Part shown: in pieces, positions 17,512 to 26,246 of the stretch
Layout: every line of letters starts with the position of its first letter
Position numbering within the stretch: the stretch's first letter is position 1
Virus record (IMG/VR): IMGVR_UViG_3300046463_000302
Length of the DNA: 64,000 nucleotides
Source: an uncultured virus (IMG/VR IMGVR_UViG_3300046463_000302)
Lineage: Duplodnaviria > Heunggongvirae > Uroviricota > Caudoviricetes
Reading direction: 5' to 3' (one strand)
Made by a program: the position numbers and the translations under genes
The notes under the pieces: model-generated
Database searches by the model: none
The model's input: the letters and a program-made list of their open reading frames with translations, nothing else
Told to the model about the DNA's origin: nothing

Positions 17512-19530
17512 ATGCCATACCCGCCGATTCCCGCCACGTTCGTTGACGCGCCGCGCTCACGCGTCATTCTGGTACCGCCTGATGCTACGCCGCTGATCGC
17601 GACCATCGCGAAGAAGCAGGACGAGCAGCTTGACTACGACTTCACGTACACGCGCTGGCTATCGCCGACTGACACGATTCTCAGCGTCGTGGCATCGGTG
17701 TCGCCGCAAGACCCGTCTGTCGCCATTGCCGGAACGCAGATCGACGCGACCGGCGCGATTGTGAAAGCATGGCTGCAGGGCGGCATTGGCGGGATGCGCT
17801 ACACGGTGAAACTGACCGTGACGACTGCCACCGGCCGCGTGAACGAGCAGATTATCGTTCTGAGCATCCTCGCGGACCGGCGCGCGAGCGGCGACCCTGA
17901 AGCGCTTGCCGACAGCGCATCGGCATCGGCAATTGCAGCGGCAGAATCGGCGCTCGAGGCGGCAAACAGTTCGGTAGATGCCGGCGCCAGCGCCACGGCA
18001 TCGGCAGACAGTGCAGCCGCATCGGAACTCAGCAACCTGGCATCTGCAGCGAGCGCGAGCGCCGCGCACGATAGCGAGGTATTGGCCGGTCAGCATGAGG
18101 TGGCGGCAGCTACAAGCGAGACAAATGCGGGCGTCAGCGCCGGGCAGGCGGCGACAAGTGCCGGGCAAGCGTCGACGAGTGCGGGCCAGGCATCGACTAG
18201 CGCCGCTGCTGCGCAGCAGTGGGCGACTGCCGCCGGCTTGGTGGGCGGCATCGACTATTCGGCGAAATACTACGCCGGGCAGGCATCGGCGTTCGCGGGA
18301 AACGCAAGCGCCAGCGCGGGCAGCGCTTCGACGTCTGCGACGAATGCTTCTGGATGGAACACGCTGGCGCAGGCATGGGCATCGCAAGCGGCGGGCCTTG
18401 TCGGTGGCATCGACTACTCGGCGAAGTACTACGCAGGACAAGCCGCAACGAGCGCCGCAAACGCGGCAGCTACGCTCGCCAATGCGCTGACGAAGGGAAA
18501 TAACCTGTCTGACGTCGCGGACAAGGCAGCAGCGATGCTGAACCTTGGGGTAACAGCCGCAATTGCCCCGTTCTCCGGCAAAAACCGGATTATCAACGGT
18601 AGCTGTTTCGTTACGCAGCGCGGCCCCGCAACATTCGCGGGCACGGCAGGAACGAGCGCATTCGGCTATGGCGGCCCGGACCGCTATGTATGTTCGAACT
18701 CGGCGGGCGGTTCGGTTCAGCAATCTGCGGGCACGATTGTCTATGGCGGGCGCTCGTATAGCGCGGTAGTCCAGACGGTTATCTCGCCCATGACTGATAA
18801 CTCGGGAGGCAACTACTGGAGTGGGATACAGCAGGTAATAGAAGGTATCAATTCCTTTGACCTCATTGGATCGCCGATCGCGGTTAGTTTGCTTTATCAG
18901 TCGTCGGTAACAGGGAACCATAGCGTTGCGATCCGAGATTCGGCGGGCACGTACTCGTATATCACGTCGATCAATGTAGCGGTCGCAAACACCGCGCAGC
19001 GATACGTAATCCTAGTCCCGGCAATCCCGTCCGGGGCGAGTATTCCGCGCAGTAATGCGGCGGGCTTATCTATCTGGATCGGTGCGCTCAACAACGCAAC
19101 ATATAAAACAGCAACGCTTAATAGCTGGCTCGCCGGTAACTACATTACCGCGAGCAACTATGTAAATTGGGGCGTAACGAACGGCGCGAGCATCGCGCTT
19201 ACGTTGCTTCAGGTTGAGGCTGGGACGGTAGCAACTCCGTTCGAGTGGCGGCACTTTGCGCAGGAGCTATTGCTGTGTCAGCGCTATTACGAAACAGGCA
19301 CGGCTCGCGGATATGCATACGAAACAGCCGGGGTCGTCGCCGCGATCAATTTAGGGTATGTGTATAAACGCGTTCCACCGACCATAGTACCTAGCGTCAG
19401 CAACTGGACTAATGCGTCGAGTCTTACTGTATATAACGTCTATTCCTCTAATGCCATGATCGGAGCGAACGCTAACGCAAGCGGGCCGGTTGACTTCACG
19501 ATCAACTATACAATCAGCGCGGAATTCTAA
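17512..19530 (+). CDS. tail fiber
   Basis: N-terminal KQDEQLDYDF adaptor, Ala/Ser-rich shaft, NNLSDV, KNRIING..ELLLCQRYY. Confidence 0.9.
   Translation: MPYPPIPATFVDAPRSRVILVPPDATPLIATIAKKQDEQLDYDFTYTRWLSPTDTILSVVASVSPQDPSVAIAGTQIDATGAIVKAWLQGGIGGMRYTVKLTVTTATGRVNEQIIVLSILADRRASGDPEALADSASASAIAAAESALEAANSSVDAGASATASADSAAASELSNLASAASASAAHDSEVLAGQHEVAAATSETNAGVSAGQAATSAGQASTSAGQASTSAAAAQQWATAAGLVGGIDYSAKYYAGQASAFAGNASASAGSASTSATNASGWNTLAQAWASQAAGLVGGIDYSAKYYAGQAATSAANAAATLANALTKGNNLSDVADKAAAMLNLGVTAAIAPFSGKNRIINGSCFVTQRGPATFAGTAGTSAFGYGGPDRYVCSNSAGGSVQQSAGTIVYGGRSYSAVVQTVISPMTDNSGGNYWSGIQQVIEGINSFDLIGSPIAVSLLYQSSVTGNHSVAIRDSAGTYSYITSINVAVANTAQRYVILVPAIPSGASIPRSNAAGLSIWIGALNNATYKTATLNSWLAGNYITASNYVNWGVTNGASIALTLLQVEAGTVATPFEWRHFAQELLLCQRYYETGTARGYAYETAGVVAAINLGYVYKRVPPTIVPSVSNWTNASSLTVYNVYSSNAMIGANANASGPVDFTINYTISAEF
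18219..18443 (+). repeat. internal duplication WAxxAGLVGGIDYSAKYYAGQA x2 in tail fiber
   Basis: Copies at about 18219-18284 and 18375-18443. Confidence 0.8.
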
Positions 19531-20048
19531 TGCTTACATACTCGATCACGTCACAAGGCTTTGTATCGCGGTCAGATGGCGCATTTATTCCGGCCGACCC
19601 GCTCAACGCGGACTATGCGGCTTACCTCGCATGGTGCGCGGCAGGTAACACGGCGACGCAACCGGGCGCAGAAACGCTTGACGAAATTAAGCAGCGGCTA
19701 TCCGACGATATCGACTCGCAAGTCGCGGCCGCCTATGCATCGTGGCAAAGATTCCAAGCGGAATACGAGAAGCGCGAAGAGGCCGCGACCGCGTTCAAGA
19801 GCGCCGGCTATGTCGGCGATCCAGGCATTTACGTTACTGGATACGCGACGGCGGCCGGCGTCACGAACAAGCAAGCGGCTGACACCATCCTCGCGCAAGC
19901 GACGATGCTTAACGGTGCGCTCGCATCGATCGGCGCGCAGCGCATGCGCAAGTATGCGATTCAGGGCGCAGCCGACGCAGCGAGCGCACAGGCAGTGCAT
20001 GACGACATTGTTTCCAACGTCAACACCATCATTGCGGGGATCACATAA
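19530..20048 (+). CDS. tail fiber assembly chaperone-like protein
   Basis: RSDGAFIPADPLNADYAAYLAW motif, follows fiber. Confidence 0.75.
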   Translation: MLTYSITSQGFVSRSDGAFIPADPLNADYAAYLAWCAAGNTATQPGAETLDEIKQRLSDDIDSQVAAAYASWQRFQAEYEKREEAATAFKSAGYVGDPGIYVTGYATAAGVTNKQAADTILAQATMLNGALASIGAQRMRKYAIQGAADAASAQAVHDDIVSNVNTIIAGIT

Positions 20049-20524
20049 TGCGAGTTGCGTTCTTCAAGGGCCGTCATCCCGGCTACAAGGGGCTGTTCGG
20101 TGTACTGGTGAAGTGGTGGACCCGCGGCGACTTCAGCCACGTCGAGCTAGTCGTTGAGGACCGCGGCACAAGCGGCGTGTGTTGGTCATCCACCTTCCTG
20201 GATCATGGAGTGCGCCGCGCCGTGGTGGACTTCACGCCGGGCGATTGGATCTTTGTCGATATCCCGACGACGGCAGAGCAGGACGCAGCCGCGCTTGCAT
20301 GGTTTGAGCAGCACGCGGGCGAGCCGTATGACGTGCGCGGTCTGTTCGGCTTCGTGTTACGCCGAATCCCCGGCGAGAAGGGGAAATGGTTTTGTAGTGA
20401 GTCTGTCGCGGCGGCGCTTGGCGTCGAAGATCCGTGGCGCTTTGACCCGGCTACGTTCTACCGCGTGGCGGACAATTGGTGTCGTATGGTGCGGTACGAT
20501 GCCGCATTGAAGGGAGCCGCATAA
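20048..20524 (+). CDS. permuted papain-like (NlpC/P60) enzyme
   Basis: FSHVEL ... GEPYD ... KWFCSE, His before Cys. Confidence 0.75.
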   Translation: MRVAFFKGRHPGYKGLFGVLVKWWTRGDFSHVELVVEDRGTSGVCWSSTFLDHGVRRAVVDFTPGDWIFVDIPTTAEQDAAALAWFEQHAGEPYDVRGLFGFVLRRIPGEKGKWFCSESVAAALGVEDPWRFDPATFYRVADNWCRMVRYDAALKGAA

Positions 20525-21391
20525 ATGGCAGTCAAAATCACGAACAACGCGGTATCGAAGCTCGCGAGCGGGCTCGCTGCCAACGGGGTCACGGTAACGC
20601 TTACGCCAGGCGATGGTGCGAAGTTCCCCGCGCTCGCAGCTGGGGACTGGTTCCCGTTGTATCTAATCAAGGCAGATGGGTCTTACGAGATTTGCAAGGC
20701 CACGGCACGCGCGGTCGACGTCATTACTGTGGTGCGCGCGCAGGAAAACACGGCAGCACTGACGTTTGTCGCGGGTGAGCGCGTCGAGTTGCGCCTGACG
20801 AGTGCCGCATTTGAGGACCGCGTGGGCCGCGACGTGCTGAATGCGCTGTTCACTGGCGTTATCTCCAAGTGGGCAGGGGCGGTTGCCGATATCCCCGTCG
20901 GCTGGAAGCTGTGCGATGGCGCAAACGGGACGCCCGACCTTCGCGGCAAGTTCATCGTTGGCGCCGGTAGCGCTGGGGCGCAATACGCTGTCGGCGCGAC
21001 GGGCGGGGCGGATACCGTTGCGTTGACGGCTGCGCAAATGCCGGCTCATAACCACGCCGTCTATGACCCAGGTCATAGCCACGGCGTCAATGACCCCGGC
21101 CACAATCACGGCCTCAATGATCCTGGTCACGTACACGGGGCGCCGGGCGGATCTTTCGTCAATATGCAGGGAGGCGGAGGTAACGGCCTCAGCGGTGGCG
21201 GACAGAATTACACATTCCCTGGCACAACAAACGGTGCCGGGACGGGCATCTGGCTTAATGCGGCTGCTACAGGCATCTGGCTCAGCGGGAGCGGCACAGG
21301 AATTTCGACATATAACGCAGGCGGCAACGCTGCGCACGAAAACCGCCCGCCGTACTACGCGCTCGCCTATATCCAGTTCAAGGGTATCTGA
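20525..21391 (+). CDS. short tail fiber/spike with collar domain and HxH repeats
   Basis: PVGWKLCDGANGTPDLRGKF, DPGHxH repeats, HENRPPYYALAYI. Confidence 0.85.
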   Translation: MAVKITNNAVSKLASGLAANGVTVTLTPGDGAKFPALAAGDWFPLYLIKADGSYEICKATARAVDVITVVRAQENTAALTFVAGERVELRLTSAAFEDRVGRDVLNALFTGVISKWAGAVADIPVGWKLCDGANGTPDLRGKFIVGAGSAGAQYAVGATGGADTVALTAAQMPAHNHAVYDPGHSHGVNDPGHNHGLNDPGHVHGAPGGSFVNMQGGGGNGLSGGGQNYTFPGTTNGAGTGIWLNAAATGIWLSGSGTGISTYNAGGNAAHENRPPYYALAYIQFKGI

Positions 21392-23133
21392 TGCCGACGA
21401 TCAAGCTCACTCAGTTTACGGGCGAGATTCCGCGGCTGATTCCGCGCCTTCTGCCCGACACTGCCGCGCAGAACTCCATGAACGTGCGCCTCGAGGATGG
21501 CGGGCTGACTCCGGTTCGCAAGCGCAACTTCGTGGCCAACGTAGTTGGACTGGCCGCCGGCACGATCAAGACCATCTACAAGAATGGCGCGGAGTGGCTT
21601 GCGTGGCCGGTTAATGTCGATGCAGCGCCCGGCCCGGTTGCGACCGATCGCCTGTACTACACCGGCGATGGCGCTCCGAAAATGCGCGTCGCTGGCGTCG
21701 TCTATCCGCTCGCCGTGCCGCAGCCGGCGGGCTCGCTTACGGGAACGCCCGGCGGCGCCGGATCGGGCAACGTGACGACCTTGCTGTACGTCTATACCTG
21801 GGTCACGCAGTGGGATGAAGAGTCGGAGCCGTGCGCGGCATCGAACTACATCAACTGGCAACCTGGACAGTCTGTGACGCTGTCGGGCTTTGCTTCGCCG
21901 CCGGCAGGCCGCGGCATCGTGAAGCAGCGCATCTACCGCACGCAATCTGGCAATGCGACGTCGGGCCTGTACTTCATTGCGGAGCGCGCCGCGTCGAACG
22001 CCAACTACGTTGATGCGGTCAATCTGGCTGCAGCGCAAGAACTCATTCCGTCGACCGATTGGAATGCGCCGCCCGACACGCTGGCTGGCCTAACGGCACT
22101 GCCAAACGGCATGATGGCCGCGTTCAACGGCAAAGACCTCATGTTTTGCGAGCCGTGGCGCCCGCACGCATGGCCTGAAAAGTACGTGCTCACGACCGAC
22201 TATCCAATCGTGGCGTTGGGCGCGTTTGGCTCGACCATCGCCGTGCTGACGACCGGTAATCCGTACGTCGTATCGGGGACGTCGCCTGACTCCATGACGA
22301 TGGAGAAGGTAGAGCAGAACATTCCGTGTATCAATGGGCGCGCAACGGTCGATCTCGGCTATTCCGTTGCCTATCCGTCGAACGATGGCCTCGCGGTCAT
22401 CTCGTCGTCGGGCGCGACCGTCATGAGCAACCAGCTATTCACGCGAAGTGACTGGCTGAAAATGTTGCCGGCGACGATGAATGCCAGCCAGTTCGCCGGC
22501 CGCTACTTTGCGTCGTACGAGTATCTCGACGCGGACAGCCGGGCGAAAAGCGGATCGTTCATCGTCGATATGACCGGACAGACACCATTCCTGCTTCGGA
22601 CGGACCTGAAGCCGGATGCGTTCGCGTACGACATTCCGACCGGCGCGCTGTACATGCTGTTCGGTACCGAGATCTACGAGTGGGACCCCGTCGGGCAGTC
22701 CAATGAAACGCTCACCTGGAAGTCGAAGCAGTTCATCTTGCCGAAGCCGACCAACTTCGGCGCCATGATGATCGACGCAGGCGGCACGCGCACGCCCGAC
22801 GAGCAGGCCGCGTACGAGCAGCAGATCGCTGACGATGACGCATGGAACGCCGCGCACTTCGGGAACGTCTCGATTGAGGGCGAAGTGGGCGGGGCGGCCG
22901 TCGGCGCGTATGCCGTCGGCGGCGACCTGTTGCGCCGCACCGAGGACCGGCCATTCGTCTCGGTGAATGTCTACGCAGACCAGAAACTCGTTGCGAACGT
23001 CTCGACCCTGAACCGAATTGCGCGCCTGCCGGCAGGCTTTGAGGCGCGCATGTGGGAGTTCGAAGTCAATTCGAACACGCAGATTGCCGAGATCAACATT
23101 GCGACGAATGCGAAGGAGTTGGCACTGGTATGA
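21391..23133 (+). CDS. tail nozzle/head-closure protein
   Basis: FTGEIPRL.PRLLP, beta-propeller-like 580 aa, WKSKQF. Confidence 0.75.
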   Translation: MPTIKLTQFTGEIPRLIPRLLPDTAAQNSMNVRLEDGGLTPVRKRNFVANVVGLAAGTIKTIYKNGAEWLAWPVNVDAAPGPVATDRLYYTGDGAPKMRVAGVVYPLAVPQPAGSLTGTPGGAGSGNVTTLLYVYTWVTQWDEESEPCAASNYINWQPGQSVTLSGFASPPAGRGIVKQRIYRTQSGNATSGLYFIAERAASNANYVDAVNLAAAQELIPSTDWNAPPDTLAGLTALPNGMMAAFNGKDLMFCEPWRPHAWPEKYVLTTDYPIVALGAFGSTIAVLTTGNPYVVSGTSPDSMTMEKVEQNIPCINGRATVDLGYSVAYPSNDGLAVISSSGATVMSNQLFTRSDWLKMLPATMNASQFAGRYFASYEYLDADSRAKSGSFIVDMTGQTPFLLRTDLKPDAFAYDIPTGALYMLFGTEIYEWDPVGQSNETLTWKSKQFILPKPTNFGAMMIDAGGTRTPDEQAAYEQQIADDDAWNAAHFGNVSIEGEVGGAAVGAYAVGGDLLRRTEDRPFVSVNVYADQKLVANVSTLNRIARLPAGFEARMWEFEVNSNTQIAEINIATNAKELALV

Positions 23134-23354
23134 GCATGGATCAAGTCAACCTGGAAAAGCTCCAGACGCTAAACGGTGAGCGGGGCGACAAGCGGCGGGC
23201 TGCAGTGCGGCGCGGCGACGTCGCCACGCTCAGCGATGTGCAGATGAAGTCGAAGCAACTCACCGCGGCGCCGACGCTGGCCGACTACAACAACCTTCAG
23301 GCAGATCTCGCGCGCGTGTGGAGCCTGCTGTTAGGCATCGCTCAGAATCCGTGA
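23130..23354 (+). CDS. small virion protein
   Basis: AAGGAG RBS, ATGA overlap, APTLADYNNL. Confidence 0.65.
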   Translation: MSMDQVNLEKLQTLNGERGDKRRAAVRRGDVATLSDVQMKSKQLTAAPTLADYNNLQADLARVWSLLLGIAQNP

Positions 23355-23407
23355 CCACTGGTAACAAAAAACATACAATGTTGGCAAATCAGCACCAGGG
23401 CGGCGAA

Positions 23408-23896
23408 ATGGCGATTTTCTGTGAGCAGGGCAAAACGCTCGCCTTGATGAAGGGCAACCGCGCTGCGGCTGACTTCGTCGAGGCGATCGTCCGCGTCCTG
23501 CATTTTTGGGATGACCTGATCGACCGTGACAAGCCGCTCGACGACGGCACGATCAACCGCGCCATGCTTGACGCACTGGTGACGCTTCCCAGCAACCCGT
23601 TCTACCGCGCCCACTTCGACCGTTTGAGCGCGGTGCTCATGAACTCGATCACTAACTGGCACGTCGCCACGAAGTTTGAGCGAACCGGCGACGAGTACCG
23701 CGAGCGCATTGCCTACATTCTGCGTTCATCGTACGTGGACCTGATTACTACGGCAGCGCTGATCGTCGGCGGGCCAGAGTACGCGATCGAAGTTGGGGAG
23801 GAAATCCGCGTCTACGCCCACAAGGAAACGTGGGGCGGCTATCTGATTAACCTGCGTGCTGAAAAGGCCGCGCGAGCAGCGAAGGAGAACAAATAA
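23408..23896 (+). CDS. isoprenoid synthase/prenyltransferase-like protein (DDxxD)
   Basis: Predicted helical, HFWDDLIDRD, LPSNPFY. Confidence 0.55.
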   Translation: MAIFCEQGKTLALMKGNRAAADFVEAIVRVLHFWDDLIDRDKPLDDGTINRAMLDALVTLPSNPFYRAHFDRLSAVLMNSITNWHVATKFERTGDEYRERIAYILRSSYVDLITTAALIVGGPEYAIEVGEEIRVYAHKETWGGYLINLRAEKAARAAKENK

Positions 23897-24726
23897 TGTG
23901 CTGTGACGCACCAGATCCGCCCGCACAAGACCCGGCGGTAGGCTCGGCGGCAATGAAGGAGGCGGAGACAGGCCAGGGGTGGCTGGACTTCGCCAGAGAT
24001 CAATTCGCCGACAGCCAAACCCGGCAAAACGCGTCAGATGCGCTCACCAAACAGGTGACGGATGCGCAGCTGACGACGATGAACAACAACAATGCCTGGG
24101 CCAAGCAGCAGCAGGACCGGCAGACCAGCGTTTTCCAGCCGCTTCAGGATCAGTACGTTAAAGAGGCGCAAGACTACGGATCGCAGTCGAACCAGGAAGC
24201 GCGCGCGGCAGAGGCAAAAGCCGACGTCATGAACAACGCGGCGACGGCGAACGCTGCAAGCGCGCGCTCCATGGCGTCGATGGGCATCAATCCGAACTCG
24301 GGCCGCTGGGCGGGCACGCAGCGCGCGCAGGATCTCGGCACGGCAGTTACCGCAGCCGGCGCGGAGAACACGGCACGTCAGGCAGTGCGCGATAAGGCGC
24401 TCGACCTGAAGGCGAACGCGATCAACATGGGCAACGGCGTTGCTGCGAACACCGCAACGGCGTATGGGCTCGGCACAACGGCGGGCAATTCTGCCGCGGG
24501 CAACCAGCTTGCATCGGATGCGGCGCAGCGGGCAAACGTTGCGGCTGTTGGTCAAGGCTATGGCGGCGCCTTGAGCGGTTACGCAGGGCAGGCCGGCACG
24601 CTGGCGTCGCAGTACAACACCAACATTCAAGCCTGGGGTCTCGGCCAGCAGGCAGGGGCATCGAGTTCGGCCGGCATGGGTAACATGATCGGCATGCTCG
24701 GCGGTGCCGGTATCAGCGCTTTCTAA
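23896..24726 (+). CDS. internal virion/ejection protein 1
   Basis: Starts MCCDAPDPP, Q/A/N-rich, SMGINPNSG, Gly-rich hydrophobic C-terminus. Confidence 0.7.
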   Translation: MCCDAPDPPAQDPAVGSAAMKEAETGQGWLDFARDQFADSQTRQNASDALTKQVTDAQLTTMNNNNAWAKQQQDRQTSVFQPLQDQYVKEAQDYGSQSNQEARAAEAKADVMNNAATANAASARSMASMGINPNSGRWAGTQRAQDLGTAVTAAGAENTARQAVRDKALDLKANAINMGNGVAANTATAYGLGTTAGNSAAGNQLASDAAQRANVAAVGQGYGGALSGYAGQAGTLASQYNTNIQAWGLGQQAGASSSAGMGNMIGMLGGAGISAF

Positions 24727-24743
24727 CCACGCAAACACAAAAA

Positions 24744-25472
24744 ATGGACACTACCATCGCAAAGCACGCGCGCATCGCGCTTCAGTTCTCGGGCGGCAAG
24801 GATAGCCTCGCCATGCTTCACCTGATGCGTAAGCATTGGGACCGGATGACCGTGTATTGGGTCAATACCGGCGACGCATTCCCGGAGACGCTCGACCTTG
24901 CAGAGCGCGTGCGCAAGATGGTCCCTAATTTTGTGGAGATCGACGGCAATCAGCCGCAGGTTATCGCGATGCACGGCATCCCGTCTGACATTGTGCCAGT
25001 GAGCGCGACGCCTATCGGTGTGAGCAACGGCGGCCACGGCGTGTTGATGCAGGACCGCTATTCCTGCTGCATGCGCACGGTCATGTTGCCGTTAGCGCGT
25101 CGCATGATCGACGACGGAATCACGCTGATCGTGCGCGGCCAGAAAGAGGCCGATGCACTCAAAGCGCCGCTGCGCTCGGGCGACGTCGACGAGGGGATTG
25201 AATACCTGTTCCCGCTCGAGGACTGGACCGACGAGGACGTTATGACGTTCCTCGAGGAAGAGGGTATTGAATTGCCGCGCTACTACGAGTCGATGCGCTC
25301 GAATCCGCCGTGTCTGTCGTGCTCGGCGTGGTGGGACGACGGCCGCGCAGCGTATATGAAGCAGCACCATCCGTTGCACTATGACCTGTACCAGCAACGC
25401 CTGAACACTATCAGCGACGCTGTCGGCGGGCACATTGCCGCGTTCAACATCGAGGTTTCCGACGGTGGATGA
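24744..25472 (+). CDS. PAPS reductase-family (PP-loop) protein
   Basis: FSGGKDS, VNTGDAFPET, SCC, RGQK, PLEDWT, CLSC. Confidence 0.88.
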   Translation: MDTTIAKHARIALQFSGGKDSLAMLHLMRKHWDRMTVYWVNTGDAFPETLDLAERVRKMVPNFVEIDGNQPQVIAMHGIPSDIVPVSATPIGVSNGGHGVLMQDRYSCCMRTVMLPLARRMIDDGITLIVRGQKEADALKAPLRSGDVDEGIEYLFPLEDWTDEDVMTFLEEEGIELPRYYESMRSNPPCLSCSAWWDDGRAAYMKQHHPLHYDLYQQRLNTISDAVGGHIAAFNIEVSDGG

Positions 25473-26235
25473 AAACCAAGACCCGAATGACCCGCTCGCT
25501 GCGGTAAATGCGGAGAACCAGCGGCAGCAGGATGAGCTAGAGCGCGAGCAGCAGATCGCGTTCGAACAGATGCGCCTCAGTCGCCAGCAGCAGCCGAAAG
25601 GCGGACTGAACAGCAATAGCTCGTCTATGGACCCGCAACAGTTCATGTCGCCGGCCGCAGGCGGGCTAGGCGGGTTCACTGGTGCATCGGCTCCTGCTAT
25701 TGGCGCGGGCACTGGCGAAGGTGCGACGGGGCTATTCGGGCTTGGCGGCGGTGCGGAAATGGCGGGCGGCTCGACAGGATCCGGCCTGTTCACGCTAGGC
25801 GGGGCAAGTGAAGGTGTCGGCGCGGGCAGCGCCGGCATGTTCTCGATGGGCGGCGGCGCAGCGGCCGGCGGTGCTGCGGCAGAGGGCGGCGGCGCCGCGC
25901 TTGGCGGCGGAGGCGCCGCGATGGGCGGTAGCGGCATGATGGGCAGCATGTCGGCCGCCGGTCCTTGGGCGGCGCTCGCCGCGGTTGTTCTCCTGCACAA
26001 CAAGTGGGCCGTGGACCACGACATTCACAAGAATTCGGACTTCTTCACGCAGCAGGGGCCAGCAAAAGACGGGCGTTATTACGCGACGAAGATGAACAAG
26101 ATCATTCCCGGATGGGGTACAGACGCAAAGGTATGGGGCGACCTGAGTTCATTCCGTGTCGGCAGCGCGATAAAGGATTGGAAGCATAACCCGCTTGGCC
26201 CGATCGGCGGCCTGTTCGGCATGGGTAAGGACTAA
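25465..26235 (+). CDS. Gly-rich ejection protein 2 with TM segment
   Basis: GAGG RBS, Gly/Ala-rich, AAGPWAALAAVVLL. Confidence 0.65.
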   Translation: MDENQDPNDPLAAVNAENQRQQDELEREQQIAFEQMRLSRQQQPKGGLNSNSSSMDPQQFMSPAAGGLGGFTGASAPAIGAGTGEGATGLFGLGGGAEMAGGSTGSGLFTLGGASEGVGAGSAGMFSMGGGAAAGGAAAEGGGAALGGGGAAMGGSGMMGSMSAAGPWAALAAVVLLHNKWAVDHDIHKNSDFFTQQGPAKDGRYYATKMNKIIPGWGTDAKVWGDLSSFRVGSAIKDWKHNPLGPIGGLFGMGKD

Positions 26236-26246
26236 TAGGAGCTACG

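Noticed and set aside
19260..19530. Diversity-generating retroelement variable region in fiber tip
   Set aside because: No reverse transcriptase and no template-repeat copy seen in the window
21048..21305. 21-nt DPGHxH and TGIWL repeats as a novel element
   Set aside because: Explained by known metal-binding HxH repeats of fiber needle domains
24744..25472. Dnd/Ssp phosphorothioation or sulfate assimilation operon
   Set aside because: Only a lone PP-loop enzyme among virion genes; no desulfurase, DndD or cys partners
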